A stretch of 64,000 nucleotides of DNA from an uncultured Gammaproteobacteria bacterium (GTDB lineage Bacteria; Patescibacteriota; Patescibacteriia; UBA9934): positions 2,091 through 66,090 of the forward strand of contig CAZORP010000003.1 in assembly GCA_964582615.1 (NCBI GenBank), read 5' to 3'. The notes under the pieces were generated by a model that worked only from the letters and a program-made list of their open reading frames with translations, searched no databases and was not told the DNA's origin. Shown in pieces: positions 1 through 9,563 of this stretch. The translations under genes and the position numbers were made by a program. How positions within the stretch are numbered: position 1 is the stretch's first letter; every line of letters starts with the position of its first letter.

Positions 1-1100
1 TCTTCAAGGGAAGCAAAGTGCATGTTGGAAACCTAACCATTACCGAAGATGTTCTTACGAGAGTGTTTCAAGATCTCGATTCAGCCCCTCTTGAAAACTT
101 AGAAAAAAACCTTGCCGACGTATACTTGGGAGATGTTTATTTTTCCTGCAACTCCATGGAAAGTTTGTTTCGAGATGAGAATATTGAAAATCTCCTCAAT
201 AGCATCTTCCAAAATAAAACCTTCTACGGATCCGTCACCATCTTTCCTCACAGTGCGAATGCTCGAAATATCGGCTTCCGCAAAGGACTCTCTTGTACCG
301 TATTTGGAAGCAAGATTGTCCTATATTCGGGAGTGTATTTTTCACAACAACTTTCCCTGAGCGGCCTATGCCAGCACATTGACCTCGACGGTGTTCACGC
401 GTATTACGGATATCATCACGAATTTAACCCTAATGATTCCCTTTCTCTAAATCTTAAAAATATCTCCACGCACAACCTGCGTCTTCATCGCGGATTTGAT
501 ATTTCAGGAATTCGTAGCGTCACTTTTCCCCAAAAAATAACTTCAACCGTTGTTCTTTCGCACGACTATCTCAACAATCTCCCACCATCCACCGACTTAA
601 CCATCGTTTACACACAAGGTGAGTCACCAAAAAATCCCCTGACTATCCCAGAGGAGGTTACACAGTTTACGGCATTACAAATAACAAACCTTGACAACAT
701 CGCACTTCCCCAAAATCTCGAACGGCTCTGTCTGAGCATCACCTCAGCAAAAAGAGTACTTTTTCCACCCCATCTGAAGATACTCGATCTGTACCACCTC
801 GACACCTTTGAAGGGCTACTTCTTCCACCGCATGCGCAACTTGTCTATAACGAACCCATGAGAAAAGAGCTTGAAGAAGCCATGAAAGGCGGACGCGACA
901 TCCTGCAGGAATGCCGTGATGCGTGGCTTGAAGAGTATCAAAGGACACGATTCCATGGCGTATTTCCACCAGAAGAGGGCACACTGCCAAAGTCCATCCC
1001 CCTTCTCATGCCAACTCCCCCGGAAGAACCGAGTGTAGTCAAAAGAATCGTAACTTCAGCAAAAAACTTATGGAACAGGTTCTTTAGAGAGAAAAAATAG
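1..1100 (+). CDS. Hypothetical LRR-like protein, 5' end outside the window; first of two tandem paralogs
   Basis: The ORF track starts at a GTG at 18, but the frame stays open to base 3. The N-terminal residues KGSKVHVGNL align to an internal KVHFGDL segment of the downstream 514-aa paralog, so the gene very likely continues upstream. It shares the conserved C-terminal module GRDILQECRDAW..EYQ.TRF.GV.P.EEG..P..IPLL and LRR-like L..L.L motifs with ORF 1126..2670. Confidence 0.55.
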   Translation, partial: FKGSKVHVGNLTITEDVLTRVFQDLDSAPLENLEKNLADVYLGDVYFSCNSMESLFRDENIENLLNSIFQNKTFYGSVTIFPHSANARNIGFRKGLSCTVFGSKIVLYSGVYFSQQLSLSGLCQHIDLDGVHAYYGYHHEFNPNDSLSLNLKNISTHNLRLHRGFDISGIRSVTFPQKITSTVVLSHDYLNNLPPSTDLTIVYTQGESPKNPLTIPEEVTQFTALQITNLDNIALPQNLERLCLSITSAKRVLFPPHLKILDLYHLDTFEGLLLPPHAQLVYNEPMRKELEEAMKGGRDILQECRDAWLEEYQRTRFHGVFPPEEGTLPKSIPLLMPTPPEEPSVVKRIVTSAKNLWNRFFREKK

Positions 1101-1125
1101 CAATGACAAATCTCACTCACTGCCT

Positions 1126-2670
1126 ATGCGCGATCCTTTTTCTCAACCAAAAAAACCAGAACAGCTTCGCTTTGAACATTCAGACCATTCCCCTGCAAAT
1201 AAACATCCTGAAATTTTTGAAGGATTTGTTAAGAATTTCTTTAAAGGCGCGGACGCTGAGATGGCCGCCGTGTACCAAGATGCTCTTATTGAGAAATTTA
1301 TTAAAAATTCAAAAATCTTTACAAACTTCATTTTAGGAGACCCCTTCTGGACGAATTGGGCCTTTTCTCGAGAAGATCTCATTCAAGCTTTTGATGACAT
1401 CTTTACCTTGGCAAGTATCTTTGAACGATACAGATCTTCTAACCTCACAACAACTCAATTATCACTCACAGAGCAAGAACTTCGCGCGATCTACACCTAC
1501 AAAAAAACACTTTTCTTCTTCGATTGTACATTACAAAAAAACGTGCATTCGAGTGCACGCGAAAGAATGAGGAACTTCTTCTTAAATTTTATCAAAAACC
1601 AACATCAACCGCATAAGGAAAATATTGCCAAGATTTTTAAATGCAAACCCGATGAGGTAAGCACTGATCTCAACGGTTTTTTTCAAGGAAGTAAAGTTCA
1701 CTTTGGAGATCTTGCCATCGCCGAAGTCTCATTGGTAAACAATAATACTCACGCGGAACATTCCTCTACCTATAGACAAAAAAGCCCATTTGCACGCACA
1801 ATTCTAGGAGATGTCTCCTTTGCCCCCAGGGGGTTACTCAATGAGAGCATGCGTATTTCTGCAAGAGACCTTTTTTCTGATGTTTTTCAAGATGCAATAA
1901 TTTACGGATCTTCGAAAATAGCATTCAGCTACCCGTTCGAGACGTCTTCAAATCTCTCAAGACATACATCATTCACACTTTTTGGCCAATATCTCGATAT
2001 CTCATTTTCTTCGCAAGCGAAAGAAATGCTCTCTGTACGGGGCTTTTGTTCAAACACCACTCTAGCACTTTCTCTCCAGCATGAAGGTGCGGTTTTTAAT
2101 CTACAAAACTTCTCGACACACTCACTCGCATCCCTCACAACGTTATCACACGTCATTCTTCCAGCGAGCACCGTAAATAATGCTGCCATTCTCTTTGAAA
2201 AGAGTAACAATCTTCCAAAGGCAAGGAGTCTGTCAGTAGTATTTTTTGAGGAAAGCCTCAGCGAACCTCTTAATCTACAAAATAGCATCACAGAATTTCA
2301 CGCCGAAAATCTGCATGATCTTCGAAATATCTCACTCCCATCACAACTCGAGAGTCTTACGCTTGGAATTACGCAAGCAAAAAATGCATTCTTTCCCCCT
2401 TATCTTAAAAAACTAGACCTTCCCAAGCTCACAACCCTTGAAGGTCTCTTACTTCCACCACACGCAGAATTCACATCTAATACCGCCATTAAAACACTCA
2501 TCTCAACAGCGAAGACACAAGGCAGGGATATCTTACAAGAGTGCCGAGATGCATGGATGAAAGAGTATCAAACAACGAGATTTGATGGGGTCTATCCAGA
2601 CGAGGAAGGCGCCATACCTGAACACATTCCACTTCTCCAACCTTTACGCTCAAAACCCGGGCAAATATAA
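1126..2670 (+). CDS. Hypothetical LRR-like protein (514 aa), second tandem paralog
   Basis: A long ORF whose C-terminal ~120 aa are nearly identical in motif order to the C-terminus of ORF 18..1100 (LTLGITQAKNAFFPPYLKKLDLPKLTTLEGLLLPPHA, then GRDILQECRDAWMKEYQTTRFDGVYPDEEG). Leucine-rich-repeat-like segments. No signal peptide is evident. Confidence 0.6.
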   Translation: MRDPFSQPKKPEQLRFEHSDHSPANKHPEIFEGFVKNFFKGADAEMAAVYQDALIEKFIKNSKIFTNFILGDPFWTNWAFSREDLIQAFDDIFTLASIFERYRSSNLTTTQLSLTEQELRAIYTYKKTLFFFDCTLQKNVHSSARERMRNFFLNFIKNQHQPHKENIAKIFKCKPDEVSTDLNGFFQGSKVHFGDLAIAEVSLVNNNTHAEHSSTYRQKSPFARTILGDVSFAPRGLLNESMRISARDLFSDVFQDAIIYGSSKIAFSYPFETSSNLSRHTSFTLFGQYLDISFSSQAKEMLSVRGFCSNTTLALSLQHEGAVFNLQNFSTHSLASLTTLSHVILPASTVNNAAILFEKSNNLPKARSLSVVFFEESLSEPLNLQNSITEFHAENLHDLRNISLPSQLESLTLGITQAKNAFFPPYLKKLDLPKLTTLEGLLLPPHAEFTSNTAIKTLISTAKTQGRDILQECRDAWMKEYQTTRFDGVYPDEEGAIPEHIPLLQPLRSKPGQI

Positions 2671-2815
2671 GAATATCTGCAAGCCCCGGAAAGACTTTCT
2701 GGTTGCAACGTAATATCTTGACGTTTTTAGCTAAATCTGGCATACTTTTGCCACTTATTCACGAGGTGGTTGCTCCTTTCTTTGGAGATTCCACTGTAAA
2801 AAGTTCTCGTTTCTT

Positions 2816-3241
2816 ATGGCAAAGAAAATCAAAGCCATTTTGAAGGTGCAGGCAATTGGTGGCGCAGCTACCCCAGCACCACCACTTGGTCCGGTACTTG
2901 GTCAGCAAGGTGTACCAATTCAACAGTTCGTATTGGAATTTAACGCCGCAACGCAAGATCGTCGCGGTGAAGTCGTTCCTGCGGTTATCACCGTGTACGA
3001 AGATCGAACATTTTCGTTCATCCTCAAAACCGCTCCTGCGTCTGAACTCATTAAAAAAGAGCTCGGAATCAAAACAGGATCCGGAAAGCCAAACCAAGAA
3101 AAGCTTGGAAAGCTTACCAAGGAACAGCTCAAGCGTGTTGCTGAAAAGAAACTTCCCGACCTCAATACCAAGGACGTTGCAAAGGCAATGAAGATCATTG
3201 CAGGAACTGCACGTCAAATGGGTGTTGATGTCGAGGTATAA
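2816..3241 (+). CDS. rplK: 50S ribosomal protein L11
   Basis: MAKKIKAILKVQAIGGAATPAPPLGPVLGQQGVPIQQF is canonical L11 N-terminal sequence, at 141 aa. A TTGACG-17-CATACT promoter-like element lies at 2717-2745. Confidence 0.95.
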   Translation: MAKKIKAILKVQAIGGAATPAPPLGPVLGQQGVPIQQFVLEFNAATQDRRGEVVPAVITVYEDRTFSFILKTAPASELIKKELGIKTGSGKPNQEKLGKLTKEQLKRVAEKKLPDLNTKDVAKAMKIIAGTARQMGVDVEV

Positions 3242-3269
3242 TCTTCACATCACTCATCATCCTTTCTCT

Positions 3270-3683
3270 ATGGCACTTTCATCATCTCGCCCGGGAACGT
3301 CACTCATTCTGCGCATGTACTTTGCCGTCATCGCAGCAGTAACGCTCTTTACGCTCATGTTTGGTGCCATAAACCTTCTCACCGTTGGCTTGCGAATGAT
3401 CATTCCCGGAGCAAACCAACCCGAGTGGGGCCTCGAAGATTGCAACATTACTACCCCACGGTACGATGTTCCAACCGTCGACGGCGAAAGTGTTCCTGTA
3501 ACTTCTCCAGAAGAACTCAAAGCATCATGCGAAGCACGAAATGCGGATGTTCTTAAAAACTGGAAGAGTCAACAACTTAGCGAGCTCGTTCAAGATATCG
3601 CGCTCTTCATTGTTTCGCTTCCTCTCTTTGTCGTACACTTCCGAGTTGTCTACAAAGACTGGAAAAAGGAACACGAAGATTAA
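3270..3683 (+). CDS. Hypothetical small membrane protein in the unusually long rplK-rplA spacer
   Basis: A 161-aa ORF (137 aa from the internal Met at 3270) with two hydrophobic segments (AVIAAVTLFTLMFGAINLLTVGL and IALFIVSLPLFVVHF). It fills the 487-nt gap between rplK and rplA. No homology is recognised, and there is an antisense ORF competitor. Confidence 0.35.
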   Translation: MALSSSRPGTSLILRMYFAVIAAVTLFTLMFGAINLLTVGLRMIIPGANQPEWGLEDCNITTPRYDVPTVDGESVPVTSPEELKASCEARNADVLKNWKSQQLSELVQDIALFIVSLPLFVVHFRVVYKDWKKEHED

Positions 3684-3728
3684 TCTTTACGTGGGAGTTC
3701 TCAAGAACGCTATAACCACCATTTTTCT

Positions 3729-4403
3729 ATGCACAGCAAACGTTTCTCCGCCCTCAAGGCCGCAGTGGTACAAAAAGTTTCCCCAGAAAAAGGCATTGCT
3801 TCAGTAAAGGCAAATGCAACTGCAAAATTCGACGAAACTATTGAATTGCACTTCTCTTTGGGTATCGATCCAAAGCAGGGCGATCAACAGATCCGTGGAA
3901 CTATCACGCTTCCTCACGGAACGGGAAAGACCAAGCGCGTTGCAGCATTCGTTGACTCGGCAAATGAAGCCGCAGCAAAAGCCGCAGGTGCTGACATTGT
4001 TGCAACTGAAGAAACGATTGATGAAATCGTTCGCACAGGAAAGATCGACTTCGACGTCGCTGTTGCCGTACCTAGCATGATGACAAAGCTCGCTAAGGCG
4101 GCAAAGGTTCTTGGTCCTCGTGGTTTGATGCCAAACCCTAAGACCGATACCGTTAACCCCAACGTTGCAAAGATGATCGCTGAACAAAAAGCAGGAAAGA
4201 TCTCTTTTAAAAACGACAACACGGGTAACGTTCACATGATCGTTGGAAAAGCTTCTTTTGAAGAATCCAAGCTCATTGAAAATGCTCTCGCGGCAATTGA
4301 CGCTGTACGTAAAGTAAAGCCTCAAAGCGCAAAGGGTATCTACTTCAAATCCGCAACGGTGACTTCCACCATGGGACCAGCCGTACGTATCGACGTCGCG
4401 TAA
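3729..4403 (+). CDS. rplA: 50S ribosomal protein L1
   Basis: 224 aa. The segments ETIELHFSLGIDPKQGDQQIRGTITLPHGTGK and GKASF are typical of L1. Confidence 0.95.
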   Translation: MHSKRFSALKAAVVQKVSPEKGIASVKANATAKFDETIELHFSLGIDPKQGDQQIRGTITLPHGTGKTKRVAAFVDSANEAAAKAAGADIVATEETIDEIVRTGKIDFDVAVAVPSMMTKLAKAAKVLGPRGLMPNPKTDTVNPNVAKMIAEQKAGKISFKNDNTGNVHMIVGKASFEESKLIENALAAIDAVRKVKPQSAKGIYFKSATVTSTMGPAVRIDVA

Positions 4404-4416
4404 AAATCCCCATAAA

Positions 4417-4452
4417 AACAGCCTCATTACGAGGTTGTTTTTATTTTTCTCC
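4417..4452 (+). terminator. Rho-independent terminator after rplA
   Basis: AACAGCCTC-ATTAC-GAGGTTGTT is a 9-bp stem with one G-U pair, followed by TTTATTTTT. Confidence 0.6.
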
Positions 4453-4529
4453 GAAACACTATTTTCCTGCAGGAGGTGGGGATTTTTTCATTGTATGAAA
4501 AGTAACGGTTTGCTAAGGTTCCGAACAAT

Positions 4530-5636
4530 ATGGACTTCTCAACGCTTTCGGGGGCATTAGCGTATCAACACATTCGGTCACTCATTGATGCTCGACATAT
4601 CTTTGGAGCATCGCCAACACACCTTCAGCCCTCCTCCCTAGACCTCAGCCTCTCCCAGGAAATTTACCGCATGCGAGGATCGTATCTTCCAAGAACTGGT
4701 GAACGTGTCCGCACCCTTATTAAAGAAGGTTCTCTTTACGAAACCTCATTTAATGAACCCCTCGAACTCAACAGTATCTACTTAGTTCGCCTTAACGAAA
4801 CCCTCGTTCTTCCACCTTCCATTTACGCTTTTACCAATAACAAGTCCTCAACGGGAAGAGTCAACCTCCAAACACGCCTGCTCCTCGATGGCGTAAGCGC
4901 TTTTGACAGTATCCCCGCAGGTTACACCGGCGAGCTTTGGCTTGAAATTATTCCAAAATCTTTTCCTGTAAAACTCTGTCCCGGGGAACGACTCAATCAA
5001 ATTCGATTCTTCGCTTCAGATACACGACTAAGCACCGAAGAGCACCTTCAATTTCATGCCGAAGAAGGATTTCTCTTTGATGCTCAACAAAAAAAGGTCT
5101 TCTCACCTCAACACGCACGAGCATCAGGAATCACCATGTCAATTGATCTTACATCACAAGATATCATTGGCTACGTATGCAGACCAACAAATGGGAAGGT
5201 TCTTGACTATCAACGAAGGGACTACGCTTCACACGACTTTTTTTCTCCCATTTTTCGAACAAAAAAAGAAGAACTTGTTCTTCAGAAAGAAGACTTTTAT
5301 ATTCTCGTTACCAAGGAAGGTATTCGCGTACCTCCTCACTACGCCGTTGAGATGGCGCCGTATGACGTAGGAAAGGGTGAATTTAGAAGTCATTATGCGG
5401 GCTTTTTTGATCCCGGATTTGGCTATCGTGCAGATGGAAGTGTCATGGGAAGTCCGGCAGTTCTTGAAGTCTTCACCCATGATAACGATTTCATTCTCAG
5501 AGATGGCCAGCCGATTTGTACTATGGTGTACGAAAAACTCTCCGCACTACCTGAGGTATGCTACGGAGAGCAGGGTTTGGGAAGTAACTACTTTGCCCAG
5601 CGAGGACCAAAGCTTAGTAAGCATTTTTCCTCCTAA
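4530..5636 (+). CDS. dcd: Long-form 2'-deoxycytidine 5'-triphosphate deaminase (DCD, PF06559-like)
   Basis: A 368-aa protein with the architecture of the approximately 360-aa dCTP deaminase family, not the short dut-like Dcd. It is placed with thyX, dut and tmk. Confidence 0.6.
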   Translation: MDFSTLSGALAYQHIRSLIDARHIFGASPTHLQPSSLDLSLSQEIYRMRGSYLPRTGERVRTLIKEGSLYETSFNEPLELNSIYLVRLNETLVLPPSIYAFTNNKSSTGRVNLQTRLLLDGVSAFDSIPAGYTGELWLEIIPKSFPVKLCPGERLNQIRFFASDTRLSTEEHLQFHAEEGFLFDAQQKKVFSPQHARASGITMSIDLTSQDIIGYVCRPTNGKVLDYQRRDYASHDFFSPIFRTKKEELVLQKEDFYILVTKEGIRVPPHYAVEMAPYDVGKGEFRSHYAGFFDPGFGYRADGSVMGSPAVLEVFTHDNDFILRDGQPICTMVYEKLSALPEVCYGEQGLGSNYFAQRGPKLSKHFSS

Positions 5637-7477
5637 GCAAGGCCTTTTTCAAGAAGCTTCTGCGACTGACGAGCTTCTGCGGCGGCGCGTGCCCAAGGAT
5701 ATTCTTGATAATCAACAAATTGCAAAAGACCAGCATCTTGTATCCATGGCGCACGTTCATGGATACTCGTTGTCATTTTCTGACATATTCTTCGATAGTC
5801 AGGATGGCCTTGAGGGATGGTTCGTAGCTCAAGAAGATGCTGTGCTTCACGAAGAGAAAATCCCATGGTAAATCGGATATGATGTCCAAAAAGCACGCAA
5901 TACTGTGCAAGTTCCGCACCAAAATCCTTCTCAAGTGCGCGATAGAGCTCCTTAACTTCAGCAACAAGAGCCCAAACCTCTCCCCCACGACCAAGAGCCT
6001 TAATATCTTCAGGAAGTGTGAAGCCTAAAAATGGCTGAAGATATTGGCGCTGTTGCGTGAGAATTCTGTGACGATGGAGGTCACGAAAGACTCCAAAATT
6101 TGCCACAATATCAAATGTGCATGCATATCCATGTTCCCATCCTCGACCATAGCGATCTCGTCGAGAGGTACGAGAAGAGAAATCGCGAAGACGCTGAAGA
6201 AGGATCTCTACGGTGTCTTTCTTGAGACGCTCCACTATTTGAGAAAATGAGACTCGTGCAAAAGGAAAGTACAGTGATGCGAGAATGTGTGCCATACCAT
6301 CCCTCCCCGACTGTAAAAGATTTGGGATATCCAGAGGAACAACCTCTTCTTCAGCGTGTTCAGAAAATATCAAGAACTCGGGATAGTGCTCAAGAAGGTG
6401 ATTTTTTGCAACTTTTTCTTCATTTTTTGCAAGAATATCACCATTAGGAGATGCTCGCTTAACATACTTTGGAATAAGCTCGTTAAGTGTCGAGTGAAGA
6501 CGCTGTCCAATATCTTGGTACTCGTGCATATCTTCATGACTATATAGCCGCTTAAGCAGGTGTTCGTACGTGCGACCATTTGCCACCATGGCAAGATTCG
6601 TCAGCGTTGCGGCGGGAAGCACGACACGGGCAGTATCACATGCTCGCGTCTTAATATCGAACTTATATACTCGTCGAAATTCCTTTTGTTCTTTTTCTTC
6701 GGTCAAATCTGCGAGTTTATAGAGCGTTTTATCTTGTGGCTTTACCGCGTACTCAGCTTGATCGAGAGGCTTAAGTGTTTCGTAATGCACCACTAATTCA
6801 TCAACAAGCTTGGTGTACAACAAGAATGCTCGATCGAGCACGCGCTCATACGCTTCCCCGTGCGAGGAAGCCATAATGCGGGGATCTCGATAATACGCAA
6901 ACTTTCCCGTGACTAAATCACGATCATTGTACACGATATATCGACTGGACTGCTCAATAAAGCTTCCCAATCGACGATCTTCAATGAGTTTTGACGCGAG
7001 ATTACTTACCGAGTTAAAAAGCACCGTTGCCGTTTCAAGCTCCTGAACCGAATCGTCACCGTACTGCAAAAGAATGCGTTCAATGATTTCATCAAGCTTT
7101 TTTACCTTCAACTCTCCAACGGGAATACCGAGCTTTTCACTTTCTTCAGGAGTTTGCACGAGAAACTCATTAACCAATACGTCAACGACTGTACCCTGAG
7201 CACGAGACTGTCGAGCAAGCATGGCGCCCGTCAATCCCGAAAGCTTCTTAGTATTTACCGCGGTAACCGTGCTTGTTGGCGTAATAAATGCCGCCGAAGC
7301 CGCAAGATCGTATCCTTGCTTCTTGAGTGTTGCACGATACGGAAGCGTGACGCCATCGCCATACGCAACAACCTGCTCCTGCTGAATGGATCCATCTTGC
7401 AGATAGGTTTCAAGGGCAAATGTAGCTAAACGATCATCTTCACCAATCTTATGAACGCGAGAATTTTCATGAGGCAT
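5633..7477 (-). CDS. thyX: FAD-dependent thymidylate synthase ThyX, long tandem-domain form
   Basis: 614 aa. The C-terminal half carries RHRILTQQRQY (RHR of the ThyX motif) and GHHIRFTMGFSLREAQHLLELR. The N-terminal half has a second ThyX-like fold (SSRYIVY, ARVVLPAATLTNLAMVANGRTYEHL) with a degenerate RHR (EDRRLGSF). The gene converges on dcd with a 4-nt overlap. Confidence 0.7.
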   Translation of the reverse strand: MPHENSRVHKIGEDDRLATFALETYLQDGSIQQEQVVAYGDGVTLPYRATLKKQGYDLAASAAFITPTSTVTAVNTKKLSGLTGAMLARQSRAQGTVVDVLVNEFLVQTPEESEKLGIPVGELKVKKLDEIIERILLQYGDDSVQELETATVLFNSVSNLASKLIEDRRLGSFIEQSSRYIVYNDRDLVTGKFAYYRDPRIMASSHGEAYERVLDRAFLLYTKLVDELVVHYETLKPLDQAEYAVKPQDKTLYKLADLTEEKEQKEFRRVYKFDIKTRACDTARVVLPAATLTNLAMVANGRTYEHLLKRLYSHEDMHEYQDIGQRLHSTLNELIPKYVKRASPNGDILAKNEEKVAKNHLLEHYPEFLIFSEHAEEEVVPLDIPNLLQSGRDGMAHILASLYFPFARVSFSQIVERLKKDTVEILLQRLRDFSSRTSRRDRYGRGWEHGYACTFDIVANFGVFRDLHRHRILTQQRQYLQPFLGFTLPEDIKALGRGGEVWALVAEVKELYRALEKDFGAELAQYCVLFGHHIRFTMGFSLREAQHLLELRTIPQGHPDYRRICQKMTTSIHERAPWIQDAGLLQFVDYQEYPWARAAAEARQSQKLLEKGLA

Positions 7478-7579
7478 AGAGCATGAGTTGTTGCGACTGT
7501 ACGAGGAGCCTGTCCTTCGGTCAAACCTCTGTGTGGATAGGACATTGCAAAAGTTTCCTTACCTGAGAAAATATCCCAT

Positions 7580-8014
7580 ATGGAACTCCCCTTTCGTCGT
7601 CTCTCGCCCCATGCATCTTTGCCAACGTATCAAACCGAAGGATCTCTAGGTTTTGACATTGCAATCCTCGAATCCGTCACCTTACAACCTCAGGAACGTG
7701 CACGCTGTAGAACCGGACTTTGTGTTGCGGTACCAAAGGGATATGGTCTTTTTCTTTTTTCTCGATCAAGTGGCGGCAAACGAGGAATCATCCTCGCGAA
7801 TAGCGTTGGTGTTATCGATAGCGACTACTGCGGGCCAAACGATGAAATCCTCCTTATGCTGTACAATATTTCTCAAGAATCTCTAACCATCCAAGCTGGA
7901 GAACGCGTCGCACAAGGCGTTCTTCTTCCCGTTGCACAAGCTCGTATCATCGAGCCAGAGTCGTGGGAAGCCAACCGTGACCGTGGAGGCTTTGGAAGTA
8001 CCGGGCTACTATGA
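7580..8014 (+). CDS. dut: dUTP diphosphatase
   Basis: 144 aa. GSLGFDIAI, RSSGGKRGIILANSVGVIDSDYCG and the C-terminal RGGFGSTG are dUTPase motifs. Confidence 0.9.
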   Translation: MELPFRRLSPHASLPTYQTEGSLGFDIAILESVTLQPQERARCRTGLCVAVPKGYGLFLFSRSSGGKRGIILANSVGVIDSDYCGPNDEILLMLYNISQESLTIQAGERVAQGVLLPVAQARIIEPESWEANRDRGGFGSTGLL

Positions 8015-8712
8015 AACATCTCATGATTGACGGCATTGGTGGAAGCGGAAAAACGACTATCGTTCGAGCTTTTGTAGAACATCTTAAACAACAAGGAAAA
8101 TCCGTTTTTATTCTTGAGGATTTTGAAAAACAACACCATGCCCTACCCCAAGAACACGACTGGGAACACGCCGATGTACTCTGGATTGCAGAGCCAACAA
8201 AGTCATGGACGGGATCAGCGATTCGAGGAGAGCTTCTTCGTAAAGACCTTCCCTACGATCCAAAGCTTGTCGCCATCGCCTTCGCCGTAGATCGTGCCGC
8301 ACTCTACACTCGCATCGTACTTCCAGCACGTAATCGCGGAAAAATCATTCTTCATGAGCGAGGAGTATACACCTCAATCGCCTATCAGGGAGCAATGCCC
8401 GGAGGCTACTCTCGGGACGCTATCGCTCAGCTTCCCGGAAACTCCCTTGCACTTGCCCATCCTCCAGAAATCCTTATCGTCTGCGATCCTGGCGGCGTTG
8501 ATGCGGGACTTGAACGGCTCGCCATTCGAAATGACCATCGCCTTGGCGTAGCGGGAGAACGAGAACTCCTTCAGGCGGCACATACATGGTTCACAGAAAC
8601 TGCCCCCACATATTTCGCACAAACTTCCTGTACATATCGTATACTCTCTACGGCACTCCCCAAAGAAGACGCAATCTCTCAAGGTATTACCCTTTTTTCC
8701 TCTCTTTTATGA
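8011..8712 (+). CDS. tmk: Thymidylate kinase
   Basis: P-loop DGIGGSGKTT and the tmk-type ERGVYTSIAYQGA (DRY..S..AYQ) motif. The gene overlaps the dut stop. Confidence 0.75.
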   Translation: MKHLMIDGIGGSGKTTIVRAFVEHLKQQGKSVFILEDFEKQHHALPQEHDWEHADVLWIAEPTKSWTGSAIRGELLRKDLPYDPKLVAIAFAVDRAALYTRIVLPARNRGKIILHERGVYTSIAYQGAMPGGYSRDAIAQLPGNSLALAHPPEILIVCDPGGVDAGLERLAIRNDHRLGVAGERELLQAAHTWFTETAPTYFAQTSCTYRILSTALPKEDAISQGITLFSSLL

Positions 8713-9563
8713 AAACCCCCATCACACTTGGCAACCTCATCGATACCTCCTTCCATCATTACACAACCTTTCTCCCAGAACTTCTTGGAATATCGCTTTG
8801 GCTTCTTGTTGCACAAATTCCCAGCGCACTAGGAACCCTTCTAAGCTCAGAAGGTGTTGATCTTTCATGGATGACCATTGCGTCGTTTTCTTTAAACGCT
8901 CTCGGCTTTATTGGAACGGTTCTTGTAAGCATTCACGTGGGTGTCGCGCTCATTCTTGCCATCTCACAACAACGAACAGGTGTCCACATCGATCCACGAG
9001 CTATGCTTCGTGAAGCTTTCGCGAAAGATCTCTCCTACACCTGGGCATCAATACTCCAAGCCCTCGCTCCAATTGGAACCGTGCTCATTCCTCTTTGTAT
9101 CGCTCTTGTATTGGGCTTTATAGCGAGCTCGCTTCCCACGAAAGGATCTTTCGTGAATGCCCTTGGCATTTTTAGCATCTTTGGAGGAATTATTGCTGCA
9201 CTCGTAGGAGCGATTATTGTTTCTGTTCGCTATACATTTACTCCCTTTACCAACGTCATCGAAGGAAAGCGAGGTCTTGCGGCATTGCGAGGAAGTCGCG
9301 AGCTCGTTGAGGGATCCTGGTGGAGCGTTGCTATTAATACTTTTATTCCAAGTCTTCTTTACACCATTCTTTTTGCAACCGTCCTTGGCATTCTTGCGTG
9401 GATTTCGGGAAGCTTTGCACTCATGTTCTCTCAGAATAGCTTCCTTATCGCAAAACTCACTTCAATATTCAATTTATTCATCTTTACCCTAGGACAAAGC
9501 CTTATCACCCCCCTTCTTCTTATCACCTCCTTTGTTTTGTATGAAAACCGACGATCTCGCTAA
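8709..9563 (+). CDS. Polytopic membrane protein, first of two tandem paralogs
   Basis: The start overlaps the tmk stop as ATGA. The protein has multiple TM helices and no recognisable catalytic motif. Confidence 0.55.
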   Translation: MKTPITLGNLIDTSFHHYTTFLPELLGISLWLLVAQIPSALGTLLSSEGVDLSWMTIASFSLNALGFIGTVLVSIHVGVALILAISQQRTGVHIDPRAMLREAFAKDLSYTWASILQALAPIGTVLIPLCIALVLGFIASSLPTKGSFVNALGIFSIFGGIIAALVGAIIVSVRYTFTPFTNVIEGKRGLAALRGSRELVEGSWWSVAINTFIPSLLYTILFATVLGILAWISGSFALMFSQNSFLIAKLTSIFNLFIFTLGQSLITPLLLITSFVLYENRRSR

